Shown here piece by piece: positions 10,651-23,508 of a DNA stretch of 64,000 nucleotides. The stretch covers positions 15,500,001-15,564,000 of the forward strand of contig JBHGNT010000016.1 in NCBI GenBank assembly GCA_043228905.1, in the 5' to 3' direction. The stretch is from Azolla caroliniana. Its lineage: Eukaryota; Plantae; Polypodiophyta. Made by a program: the position numbers and the translations under genes. Numbering within the stretch: the first letter of the stretch is position 1; each line of letters opens with the position of its first letter. The notes beneath the pieces are model-generated. The model searched no databases. It had not been told where the DNA came from and saw only the letters and a program-made list of their open reading frames with translations.

Positions 10651-13095
10651 GTTTCGTCTTCAACTCTTCTTCAGTCCTCGGGTTCTTCCTCAGCTTGGAT
10701 TCTTTCCTATTTGTATTCCTCCAACTCGATGGCAAGTTGCAGCTGCTCATCCTCGAATTCGTCGATTAATTTTCTGATGTCCTCACTATGTGTCTTAACA
10801 AAGGAGTAGAATTCCTCAGTCAGGTCCTCTCAGAGTAGTTTGATGTTGTCTTCATCCATCTTATACAATCCTCGACCTTCTTTACGATGGTTTTTATGAT
10901 CCACCCAGAATATATGGAGTTCACACAAACCATTCCTTTCATCCCCGATTCAGAGCTTCATCGATTTTTTGGTCCAGCCACTACTGATGTCTTTTCTATA
11001 GATGTCTAATTCTACCCTTGCCCATTTCAGATCTCACTCAAAGCTCCTGTAATTCGTTGGCGACTACTTGTGCGTGGTGGTCGTGTTGGGGTTACGTTTC
11101 TTCCAAGCCGGCTAACAATGTCTAAATCCGTGTATCGAATCGATCACGTTCATGCTTTAGTTGGCTTGTCATCTACGCTTCGGCTTCCTCCAATTGCCAA
11201 CTGGATATTTTCAAATCGTGCCAGTATGTCTCGATCGCGTCTTGTTGCAGCTGACCTCCAACTTGGAGGTTTAACAACAACGAATGCTCTTTGGCGAAGT
11301 CGATTAGGAAGTCATTGTGTTTTTTCTGTAGTTGTTCAAATTTCGCCGTTATAGGTTTTTTTGGTCGTGTTTGAGATTCTCTATCTCAGTTTTAAGCACT
11401 TGTTCGAATTCTTCTTCCTTCTTCTTGATTGCTACAGCCGACAACTCTTCCTTTCCCTCAAGCGTGTGGTCAAACTCCTCTTTCTGTGTCCTGAGTGCTT
11501 CGGCCTATTCTTGCTTTGTCTGTGTGATAGTTGTGTTGAGTTTCGTTTGGAGAGTAGGTTTTCGTGTGCTTGCCAAAGCTCATCTCGGAGTTTCTTGACT
11601 ATGGTTGTGGCCCCTTGATGGAGTTGCTTGGCCTTGTTGGCAATCACCATCTGTGCTTTTAATTCCTCCGAGAAGTTGTTGGGGAGGGGTGGTCCAAGGA
11701 TGGCGAGGGTTAGTTCTCAAATTTTGGCATCGTCCTCCCGAAGCTGACGTTCTAATTCTTTGACTTTGGCGGTCGATTCTTTCCATTGCTATATTGCTAG
11801 TTCAGCCTCTTTTCTCGCCTTTTTATTGTTATAGGCCATGCCTTTGGCCTCGTGTGTCATTTTTGCTAGCTCATGGTATACTTCTACGAAGGCCATGTTC
11901 AGTACTGAGAACTCGATTGCCAGGTTGTCGGTTTTTGTGTGGCGCTTCTTGCCGTTTTTTTGCAACGCGGCCTCGTCTTCTTCTTCGATGTCCCCGGCCA
12001 ACGCTTTTTGTATCATTAACCATTCGTCATGTTCTTCTGGCACTCCAACCACTACTACTACTTGTAATCTAGCAAGATGGTCGATTAGCTTGAAAGTAGT
12101 GTCGTGGCGTAAGATGGCTGCGAGCTCAAATACTACGATTGGTATATCGGGGAAGGGCGTATCATCAGAGTTAGGGGATGTTTGTCCCTCCTGCATCTTT
12201 CTTGTGAAAGATGGGTTCATGTGTGTGGAAACAACAACCGTCTTGTCGGGCATGACGACCATTTGTTGGTCGGTTTCTTCGTTATCACTTCTTCATGGCC
12301 GTTCTGGCTACTCGTCACTAGTTTTTCCTTTAATGTCGGCAACGTTTTTTCGACTGGTCGTGCCTTTCCACCGATTCTTCTCATTCCCTTGTGGCTTCTC
12401 AAGATTGTTTCTTTGTCTTGACTGAGACTTGCGGGGTCTTATCCTTTTTATCCCCTCCAGGTCTCTTTGTCAACTGACTGTGCACGTCAGCCGATACCTT
12501 GGAGCTTGGCTCGCTCCTCCCCCGGATCGTGAAGTCTTTGTGAGCACCTTCTACTGATTGCTGTGATTCCAGTTGCTTTGGGGCAGCGTTTGGTTGTGAC
12601 CCTCTTACCGGGGTCATACTTCCTTTCGTAGGGCATTTAGGTGCCTAATCTTGGTTCGTTGACGGTTCTTGGTGCGCCGAGGTTGCGGATTCCTGCCATT
12701 CATGCTTCTTGAATAAATTGCGTTTTGTTTGGGTTGGCAGGGCGAAAGTGGCGGTGGGCTTTCAGTAGTCGATGTTGAGGTGAGGCGGGTAGCGTACCGA
12801 GAGGTAGTGGGCTACCGCTAACAATAGCTTCTTCACGGCCTGCAAGGCCAAGATCCTCGTGCGGAGGGCCTCACCTATCAAGATGCCCCAATTGACCTTG
12901 TCTCCTTTATACGCAACTATGATAAAGTTAGCTTTCTTTTTAGGCATGGCGTATGTTGTGGGGTGGATGCAGGCGATCTCCAGCAAAAAACTCACGAGTT
13001 TGCGGAAGAACTCACCGAGACTTGTCTGTGTCCTATAATCCTTGGCCAAGGAGGAGTACTCCCTGAACCTCCATATTGTGGTCACCACCACATTT
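10651..13095 (-). pseudogene. Fragmented accessory ORF (globular N-part, low-complexity linker, coiled coil) of the Gypsy-like element; continues at ~7740-8017
   Basis: Consecutive minus-strand ORF pieces 12762-13091, 12399-12617, 11789-12262 with E/K/Q-rich composition; same orientation as the 863-7673 LTR. Confidence 0.55.
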
Positions 13096-13127
13096 CAGGT
13101 CGAGCGTTGTTCGGACTTGTTCATTGG

Positions 13128-13947
13128 TTTCAACATATCATCACAGAAATATTCGGCAAGTACATGCATGCCTTTATACAAGTCTTCCTCGACGACTTCA
13201 CAATTTATAGTATAAGAAGCGAACATCTTCGGCATTTACGATTATGTTTAGCACAATGCAGATCGGCGAGGCTTACCCTCAATCCATCCAAGTGTGCGTT
13301 CAGTGTTACAAGTGGTACACTCCTCGGCTATATAGTGAGTAGCGAAGGCATTGCGGTCATCCCAGGAAAAATCAAGGCAATAATCGAGGCACCGACCCTC
13401 AAAAATGCAAAGACCTTGAGTCGATTCCCTCGCCAGATCCAATGGCATAGTCAGATGTTGCGTTACCTAGTCCACTTCGTTACAGCTCTCAACGCGGTAG
13501 TACATCGTACGACATTCAAATGGACAGAAATAGAGAACAAACCATACATGGTCCTGAAGTTCATGTTAACACAAGCACCAGTCGTCCAACCCCAAAACTG
13601 GGCGCACCCATTGCATGTGTTCGTCGACACGTCGGTTGAATCGCAATCAACAGTGCACTAATGCAACTGACCGAGCGGAACTGGTATCGACTGGTCTACA
13701 ATACGAGCCGAAAACTTTCGACCGCCGAACGAAATTACTCCTTGACTGAACGCGAAGCCCTAGGTATGATTTATAAAATAAACAAATTTCGACACTACCA
13801 ATTGGGCCGGAAAATCGTGTTCCATGGTGGACCATGTGGCCCGCCTTTACCTGGTCTCTAAACAATCTCTCACGGGCAAGTTTGGAAGATGGATGTTGTT
13901 ACTTCAAGAGTTCGAATTTCATATACAACATAGGCTAGGAACTCAAC
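13128..13947 (+). pseudogene. pol: Non-chromoviral Gypsy (Athila/Tat-like) RT-RNase H fragment
   Basis: IQVFLDDFTIYS, LNPSKCAF, LLGYIVS, SRKLSTAERNYSLTEREALGM, GRWMLLLQEFEF. Confidence 0.85.
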
Positions 13948-16900
13948 TATGAAAGTGAATGTGTGGAAGTTTAGACAAATTGGCTCAGTTCGATAGCAAC
14001 AGAAAATAGAGACAAGATTTAATGGAAGCTTGGAATACACACACAGAGTACTCGGGAGAGATAGAGAGAGTAGAACAGTAAACTCAATTTCAAAAAATAA
14101 TACTCTATACATACAATGTGCTCAATGAACATTTTTATACAAGTCCTTAAAGGACTAACAGAAGTACTGACAAGTACGTCAATGCTCGTGTTGAGCTATT
14201 GGCAGTAACTCCTAGAATAACTACCTAGTAGTCTAGGAATGTAGACCTCCAATGGCCTACCAGTTCGCACGTGGGTCCAGTTCTCCGATCCGGACACCAA
14301 TCCGGCTCTTGGTTCCGGATACACATCTAGCTCTAACTTACTCAGCCGATCCGGATCAGGTTGAGCTTGTCCGCTCAACACTCCCCCTCAAGCTCAACTT
14401 GAGATCGAATCTCAGTGTCAGTCTTTCCCGATCCTTGCAGATGGTTTTTTCTGGTGTCTTCTCGCCTAGCTTGCACTCCTTGACCCATCCGGTTCCGTTT
14501 CCCACAATCCGTCCGGTTGTGCGCACCTCGACCTTCTCAATTAGCTTTTCTAGTTCAAGAGGCCCATCTCAACTCCTCCGTTGTTCTGACTTCAGCGTTT
14601 CATGACCCGCCAGTTCCTCCATGTTGGCATCGACTTCCACCGCCTTCTAGTTCGATTGGCCTTTTGTTGATTCAGCTCCTCCGAATCGGGTCCCTCCGAT
14701 TCGTTCTAGCTCTTGTCGAATTGGATGTCTCCAATTTGTCCTCAATCTTCAAGCCCTTTACCACATCAGACCATGTCCGGGTCTTGGCCTTGTTTTTCCG
14801 GTCGGCTCTATCCTTCTTGACTTTGCCGCCGTCAATGCTTGTTCTGACTTTTTCAGATGTGCCGACTTCTTCAGTCGACTCGGCTCCCATTTTCTTCTTG
14901 TCTCCCCATTCTTCGATCATTTCCTCCTGCTCTCCGACTACTTTACCTATCTGTTCAGCTTCTGTTCCAGTTCTCCCCTTCAAGTGCGGCACGTCGTGAT
15001 CTTGTAGCTCAAGCATCTCCAAAAACATCTGCAACTTGCCTGATTCCACTGACTTGGTGAAGATGTCGGCAACAACATAGCGAAGTTCGATTTCACCACT
15101 CAAGACCCGCTCGCACACAAAGTGATAATGCACTTCTATGTGTTTCATCCGAGGATGGAACACGGGGTTCTTGGCCAACTCCATACTACTCATGTTATCG
15201 CAGTAGATCGGGATCGGGGTTACTTCGATCCGGAGGTCTTCTAGAAGCCGCCGAAACCATATGGCTTCACAGGTGGCGATGGTAGCGCCCCGTTACTCAG
15301 CCTCAGTGCTCGATAGAGCCAATGTCTGTTGCTTTTTGTTGCTCCACGCAATACCCACGCTACCCAAAGATAACATATACCCTAAAGTGGACCGACGATT
15401 CGAAACGTCAATGCCATCCCAGTCAGCATCTGTATAACTGACTAGGTTTTTCATTATACAGTGTCAGTAAAACAATCTCCGATCCTTAGTGCTGCTAACA
15501 TACCTCGATATTCAGTGCGCGCACTGAAACTGCTCCACAGTTGGCTTCTGCATAAATTGATTGATCACTCTGATCGGATAGCTGATGTCGGGTCGGGTGA
15601 TTATTAGGTAAATAAGGCTTTCGACAATTTGTCAGAACCGTCTTTTGTTGCAAGCCGGTCCGGATTCGGGACCAAGCTTCAGGTTCCGATCCAGGGGTGT
15701 GGAGACTGGTCGACAATCCGTCATGCCGAACTTGTACAACATATTCAACACATAGTGTCGTTGTGAAAGCAATATGTCATCGGGTTATGGATCACATCGA
15801 TCCTAAAGAAATAACGAAGGCCCACTAGATCCTTCATTTCAAATGCCTCCGATAGCTGGGACTTCACTCAGTCGATTTTAGTGAGTCTGGATCCAGTGAT
15901 GACTAGATCATCCACATATAGCTAGATGCACACCATACCTTCTGGGCCTCTGCAGATGAACAGTGATGAGTCGGACTTGGAAACCGCAAGCCCCATCTTA
16001 TGCAACTATTGTGTGATCTTCGAATTCCAAGCACAGGGAGCTTGCTTCAGGCCGTAAAGTGACTTCTTGAGTTGGCACACTCTCAACTTGTTCATCTCCA
16101 ACTGAAAACCGGAGGGTTGGATCATGTAGAGTTGTTCTTCAAGATCGCCTTGAAGAAATGCATTCTTCATGTCCATTTGGTGAAGATGCCACCCCTTTAC
16201 AACATCAACCACTAGCACCACACGAACCGTCATCATCTTCGCTAGCGAAGCGAAGGTCTCGTCGTAGTCGATTCTATGGGTCTGCGCATACCCATTGACC
16301 ACTAACCAGGCCTTGAATACCCACTTGTAGTCGATCAGTTTGCAATGTCGGGGAAGGTCAACCAGGTTCCATGTGTCGTTCGCATTTCGTCCTCCATCGT
16401 GGCCTGCCAGTTCGCGTCTTTCACCACTTCTGTGTAGCTCTCCGGCTCACGCACTTTTGCCACTTTCGTCATGTACGCATAGTGATGCGCCATGTACTCA
16501 TTATACCCATACCGCTTCAGGGGGTTCTTTTGGCAGGTTGATCGACGTAACTTCTCATTAGCCGATTTAAGGGCCCTCTTGGCCGATTTGGACTTCATCT
16601 CTGAAGGTCCATCTTCGAACTTTCTAGAGTTGGATTCGCTCTGATCCAACTCTTCTCTACCAGTGTGGTATTCTAGCATCTTCTTCTTTCCCTTCTCTTT
16701 ACGCGTGAACCGTCTCCTCGGTTCCTTGCGTGGGTAGAGCACGACCAAGTCTCCACTACTCGTCAGCTCGTGTGTTGGCACCTTCTCCCTGATCCGAGTT
16801 TGGATGTAGACAGTCGTCTAGACCGCTTCGGCCCAAGAAAACTTCGGCATGCTCTTCTCTTCCAGCATTGCCACCGCCACCACGACGATCAACCGATTCT

Positions 16901-17892
16901 TCCTCTCGGCTACTTCGTTCTGTTCTGACGTGTATCGGCAGCGGAATTCCCTCCGAATTCCTCTCTACTACAGATAACTTTTTAATTGGCCAGAAAAATG
17001 CTCTTTTCCATCATCCGACCATAGGCACTTAATCTTTCTTTCTGTTTCCCATTCAACTAAACTCTGTATTTTTCTTCTCAATGAGATAGATCCACGTGTG
17101 TCGGTTGTAGTCGTCGATGAAGGAGACGAAGTATCAACTCCCGCCAAGGCTAACATTCTGTGTCGGTTCCAATACATCTAAATGTATTAAATCGAGCTTG
17201 TTATGGCTCCAATTTCTTTCGGTGGGGAGCGGAAGCCGGTGTTGCTTCCTGAGCTAGCGAGCTTCACATATTTGGGCTTTCCGGCCACTGAATTTCGATA
17301 GTACAAACACAACCTATTTCGACTGCAAGTCTTGAAGCTTTTGATAATTGACATGACCGATCCGCTTATGCCCCATGTCGATATCCTACTCAACCTTCTG
17401 TCCTTTTGCGAATAGAGTGGTACCGATGTCATTGGTGTCGAGGATAAACATCCTCCCATCCTGGTGCCCCTACGCAATTATCTGGCCCTCCTACTCGATG
17501 AAGCACCCGAGATGCGTGAATCGAACTTGCATCCCCTGGTTGATGATCTGTCCGACCAACACCAGGTTTTTCGTAATCATCGGAACATGTAACACGTTCA
17601 TCAGCTTCCCTTTTTGTCCGACATGACTTAAAGGGACTTCTCCAACATGTTTGATGAGGTGAGGGGTGTCGTCTCCGGTTTTGACGATTCCCGATTGCTC
17701 CAGTTTTTCCAGGTATGAGAACCACTCTTTATGGCTCATCATGTGATTAGATGCTCTGTAGTCAACGTACCACACTTCCTCTTATTTGGAAGTAGTCTTC
17801 TTTATCGAGTTCATCTTGTGCTTCATCACAAAAGTTGGCCCTTTTCCGGTCTTTCCAGTTCCGGATCCTTCTGATCCATCTGCGTAGTGCGA
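13948..17892 (-). mobile_element. 5'-truncated decayed Copia (same family as 42580-48219)
   Basis: 3' LTR 13948-14380; PPT ctccccctcaag at 14381; RH (KHIEVHYHF), RT (MDMKNAFLQG), INT remnant, PR (WYVDYRASNHM). Confidence 0.9.
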
Positions 17893-18894
17893 TGTCACGG
17901 TAATCCGCACTTGCTTGTTGAAATGGGTCGGGACCGCCTAGGTCTTGGACCAAGGAGCCGATGTGAGAAGAAGGTTGTCCTGAACAGTTTCCGGATATGT
18001 ATCTGCTCTGGATCGATGCCGGGATGCACAGGCTCAGAATCGAAAATTGTTCCGGACCGGTTGCCAGATAGTGGCGAAGAGCTCTCAGGCTCACATACTA
18101 GGTTACACCCACACAAAAAGAAACAGAATAGAGAGAAGGAAACGGGGATGCACAACACATGGAGAGAGTCAGTAAGTTAATGATTAACAGAGAACACAGA
18201 GGGACGACAACATGTCGCGGCCGGCAGCATAGCTTCGAGCTCTACGCATGCACACACACACACAAAGAATGACAGACCTCTAGTCGAGAAGTCACAGGCT
18301 TCCTACGTGAGCAGAGGACTCCACCTTCTTCCCAAAATCAGCACAGAACAGAAGACGGAGGGAACAACAGAGCTTGGATCTCAAACCGGCAACACTTCAT
18401 TCTCCAAAACGATGGATCCCCAAAACAGTTCAAAGCCCCCCTTTTTATAGCACAAGGGGAGGCCAATCCTGTCAACGATTCTCCCTCAGTTTCCTCCCCA
18501 CCCATGATTTATTCTTCTCTTTTCGTGAGACATTAAATTACCCATCAAAATACTACCGCCTAGTACTTCCTAGTCCTACGTTATTTACACATGTTTGTAC
18601 ATAAAGACAACTTTGTGTGCATCCGTGTACACCCTCATTACCGTTGTCCTGAAGGATTCCGGCCAAAGAGAGAAATGGAGCCGAATGCGCGTGAATGGGT
18701 GTGTGCACGGATGCACACAAAAATTAAGTCTTATATACAAACATATGTAAACAACATAGAGCTAGAAAGTACTAGGGAGTAGGATTTAATGGGTACTTCA
18801 AGTTCCGCACAGATAGAGAGGAATACGAGGATTTGATGTGAGGAAATCGGGGAAAATCTTTGTAAGAAAAGTTGACACTGATCACGATGTAACA
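17893..18894 (-). mobile_element. ~1-kb 3' LTR of a Gypsy element with only the PPT left of its internal region
   Basis: Minus strand TGTTAC...GTGACA; PPT aaggggaggt adjacent at 18895-18904; TATA near 18445; starts exactly where the Copia gag breaks off. Confidence 0.65.
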
Positions 18895-19101
18895 ACCTCC
18901 CCTTGTGTGGCAGAGGACTATGCCCATTTCCTAGTCGAACTGTGCTACTGGCGCCGGCCAAATAGTTCGAGAACCATTCAATGTTGGGGGTCACATGAAA
19001 TGTGGCACTGTAGTCCAATAACCACGTGTAGAGTACTTCTTTGATCATCGAGTCCTCTAAGGAGAGGATTTCTCCTGATTGGGTGTTGGCAACATTGATT
19101 T

Positions 19102-22100
19102 TTTCATGAACGAATATAATAGAGTAGGAACAAGCCGAAACTAAGAACTAGGAGAGAGAAAAAGAACAAGAACTTGACTTATGATTCCATAACTAGTGTT
19201 GTTCACCTTGATTAGAATCAAGGTGCACCTAAGTATTTATACAAGAAGGTAGATGTATGTATGCTAGCTAGGAGTATAGAATGCATGAAGATGCATGCAA
19301 GCTAGGAATAGAGAATGCATGAGGATGCATGCAAGCTAGGAACTTCCAATGTTCAATCTACCATACATGAAGTTGGATTTTATACAAGGAGGCATAGATG
19401 GATGTGGCTTAGTTGGTAGGGTTTCCCAATGGAGACCAAGAGTTCTTGACATTATTCTCCCCCTAAGGCCACGGCCGGCTTCAGTGGATACCGTTGATGA
19501 AAATCGTGAATGGCTTCGAGAGGATTTTGTAAATATGTAACTGGTTCCCACGTGGCATCCAAAATGGGGTAACCTTTCCATAAGACCAAATATTAAAGTC
19601 GTCGTCGCCGCAAGCGGGAGTCAAGGATCTAGTGAACCTCATACTCCTCCCTTGTCAAATAATTCCACGGGTGGTGGAGGAGGAGGTTGTTGTCCCGAAA
19701 TTCGAGAAGGATGGTATACTTCAAGCAGAGAGATGTGGAAAACATTGTGAATCTGGAAAGTTGGGGGAAGCACTAACTAGAATGTGACTGGGTTGATTTT
19801 CTCGATGATACAAAAGGAACCTAGCTTTTTGTAGTCTAGCTTCGCGCAAGGACGAGTGGTCGTGATGTGGCGGCGTAGCAACCAAACCATGTCACCGACT
19901 GCAAAGGTCGGCGCGGCCAAGCGATGACAGTTAGTGTGATCCTTATATTGTTTACCAGTGACACAGAGCTCAAGGGAGAGTTCACGATGGACATCTTGTA
20001 AAGTGCGGGCACACATCTCTGTCGACGGATTGACGGAAATCGTGCTAGGATGTCGGTAGCGAATGGGTTTGACATGGTGGCCTGGGCGATTTCGTTGAGC
20101 AAGGAATCATCATGCAGAATGTATGTTACAAACATTTGGAGTTGATCAGGCCGAAGTAAACAATGTGATTGTTGTGAATACACGTCGTCACCTGGGCGTA
20201 GCGCAAAATCCGGTCGCCAAGAGAGGGCATCCTCTTTCCCATGTTGAACGTCAGGTCGAAACAAGATTTTGAAGTCGTAGACAACGAGAAAAGATGACCA
20301 ACGATCCTGACTCCAATTCAACGTATGACTGGTGGTGAAGAAGATAAGATTCTTGTGGTCGGTCAGCACTTGGATACGATGTTGAGCCCCAACGAGATAG
20401 GGTCGCCATTCGGCGAAGGCAGATATGATAGCTGCAAGCTCCTTGTCGTAGACTGGATAATTGATTTCTGGGGCTATAAACTTCTGGGAGTAGAAGGCAA
20501 CCGGATGTAGTGTGTCGTCGTCATCTGGTTGGGACAGAACCACGCCAATGGCGAAGTCGAATGCATCTGTTTCAACCTGGAAGGGTCTCTTGGGGTCTAG
20601 GTGAACCAACACTAGGGCTGAGAGAAAAGTTGCTTTGAGGGTCTCAAAAGCATTGTGTGTTGCAGGGCTCTAGAGAAATGGAGTATCTTTTCGTGTAAGT
20701 TGGATAAGAGGTTGCACAAGGGAAGAAAACCACCCATCTATAAATCTTCTATAGAAATTTGCAAACCTAAGAAATGATTGTACCTCTTTCAAGCGAGTCA
20801 GGAGAGGCCAATCGGTGATTGCTGCCACCTTGTGCTTATCCATTGTGATCCCAGTGGGTGAGATCATGTAACTCAGGAATTCGACAGACGTTCGATCGAA
20901 TTCACACTTCTCACTTTTGGCGTAAGGCCCATATTCCCAAAGTTTGGTTAGAACCAGTTAGACATGTTGTATGTGCTCCTCTAAGTTGGAAGAAAAAACT
21001 AGGATGTCGTCAAGGTAGATTACCATGAAGTGATCGAGGTACTCTCGAAATATATCGTTCATCATGTGTTGGAAGACTGATGGGGCATTGGTAAGGCTGA
21101 AAGGCATCACCTTGTACTCGAAATGCCCATAGCACGTCCAAAAGGTTGTTTTCCACTCGTCGCTAGGCCCCGCGGGTCGATTTTGGAGAAGATACGCCCA
21201 GTTCAGAGTTGATCGAGGAGCGCTATAATTAAGGGCAAGGGATAATGATTACTCACCGTAACTTTGTTGAGACCCCCCGATAATCCACACATAAAATTGG
21301 GGCCCTGGCCAGTGAATTGGAAGGTTGAATAAAGCCCTTCACGAGGTTGTCAGCCAGATATGTGCATAGAGCCTCAAGTTCGGGTTCCGCTAGCCCATAG
21401 ATCGGCGCGAATGGTGAATGCTCATCCGCTTGGATTTTGATTGGGCAATCGTAGGGTGATGTGCCGGTAACCGATCTGCATTGCGCTTCTCGAATATATC
21501 CAAAAAAGTTGTTATATCGTGCAGGCAAATTGTTGACAAAACGGCTAGTGTAGCAACCAAGCTAGAATTGGCCGCATCGGAATTACGAGAATGTACTGAC
21601 CCAACCAGAATAGTCGCACCAAAAAAGTGATGGAGCGATTGCACCAATCCCCTATCGGATTGTGTCTCTCCAACCAAGATAACCCCAAAACAATCGGATG
21701 CCGGGGGGTTACGATGAGGTAGAAGGTTAGGACCTCATGGTGGGGCCCGACTTGAAGTACCAACAGGATAGTAACTTCTGTAACCGCCCTCGAAGAAAGA
21801 ACCCGATTGTTGATCGCTTCAATAGATATGGGTTGTGAGGTGTGGATGGTGGGGATATTATGTGCATGGACAAACGATATATCGATAAAACAAGTGGATT
21901 CTACGAAGTCAAGCAAAGCATGTGAGTGTATTGATGTCAACCCAAAACAAAAACTTACTTGCAAAGAAACCCTCCTAATGGTGGAACGAACTTGTAGGAG
22001 CATGAAGAAGGTGGGTAACGGGAAGCGTCCAACGGCATGGCTCGTACTACAGCCAGACTTGGTCATTTTCCTGTTGTCAAGGAACCTCATCAAGTCGTGC

Positions 22101-23508
22101 ATGGTGGAATTGGTGTCAAGGGCCCCACACCGAGCAGTGGCGGATTACATGGCCAGGGTTACCAGAATAGAAACAGAGCCCATTGTCACGACGATGTTGG
22201 CGTTAGGCATCAGTTAGTGCTTGGAACCGAGCGTGGTCAATCTCCATCAGGGTATGGGAATCGACCTTCATTGTAGGATGAGTATCATTGGGTGATGGTA
22301 AGGTTGGAGTGGGGGGAGAAACTACGACATAGGCCCTGGCTATTGATGTGTTTCAGGAGGAAGATTGAAATCCGTGAATCCCACGTTCTTCCTGACAAAG
22401 TTCGAACAGATGATTATCACATTGGACAGCTTGGGAGATTACTTGAGACAACGATGTGGGCTTCGGAAAGTTCAAGACAAGAGTCTTGACATCGTTTCGG
22501 AGACCACGATGAAAATGGTCGCATAAAACTTGGTCATCCCAACTGACATCACAGGCAATCTAGCGGAACTCTGAAGCATAGACAGAGGCTGGACATGAGC
22601 CTTGTTGGAAGGAATGGAGCTTCGTGAGTGCCGTTTGTCGCTGGTCTGCCTCGCCGAATGCAGCTTCGAGATCAGCAAGGAAAGCGGTGATGTTTTTTAA
22701 GAGAGGGGATGAGGTCTCCACCAAGGGTACAAACCACACTTGGACCAGCCCGGAGAGAAGGGTGTTGATGAAACCAACCTGAGAAAATTCGTTGGCATAC
22801 CGTTGGGGCTGTAATCGGATGATCAACCAAATTTGATTGATGAAGCCGCGAAGATGCACCGTCGTGTCGTTGAATTTATCGGGTAGGCTAACGGTGGGTT
22901 CGAGGACATATGGATGGGAAGAGGAAGTGGTTGGGCCAAGTGCCGATGGTGGTTGTGGCTCGGCAGGTGGTGGGTTTCTTGATGTGACAGATTGAAACTC
23001 TTGTAGTGATTCCCGAAGGATTTCATTTTCGAGTTGAAGTTGTTGCAAGGCTGCCATTACTTGGTTTAGCTTGTCAACAGATTCAGACATGGTAACAATA
23101 TGAGGAAGGTGAACAAACTGTCACAGACGAATATAATAGAGTAGGAACAAGACGAGACTAAGAACTAGGAGAGAGAAAAAGAACAATAACTTGACTTATG
23201 ATTCCATAATTGGTGTTGTTCACCTTGATTAGAATCAAGGTGCACCTAAGTATTTATACAAGAAGGTAGAGGTGTGTATGCTAGCTAGGAATAGAGAATG
23301 CATGAAGATGCATGCAAGCTAGGAATAGAGAATGCATGAGGATGCATGCAAGCTAGGAACTTCCAATGTTCAATCTACCATACATGAAGTTGGATTTTAT
23401 ATAAAAATACATAGATGGATATGGCTTAGTTGGTAGGGTTCAATGAAAACCAAGAGGCCTTGGGTTCAATCCTTACCTTCCACCGTGGTGTGGCATATGT
23501 CTATGACA
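19102..23508 (-). mobile_element. Tcn1-like chromovirus A, decayed, integrase core deleted
   Basis: LTRs 19102-19451 and 23119-23508; TSD GATTT/GACTT; PPT at 19452-65; gag from 23090; PR, RT (YLDD ~21010), RH (VETDAFDFAIG), chromodomain remnant ~19500-19650; deletion junction ~20040. Confidence 0.9.
23416..23484 (+). promoter_or_regulatory. tRNA-like A box/B box module in the 5' LTR of chromovirus A
   Basis: TGGCTTAGTTGG 23422-33 and GGTTCAATCC 23463-72. Confidence 0.65.

Noticed and set aside
12963-13661. 232-aa ORF read as a novel RT fusion protein
   Set aside because: Its N-terminal part is the antisense of the accessory ORF read across a rearrangement junction
23416-23484. Functional tRNA genes at the LTR modules (also 36712 and 42121)
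   Set aside because: Acceptor and anticodon stems are imperfect and there is no clear terminator; reported as tRNA-like only
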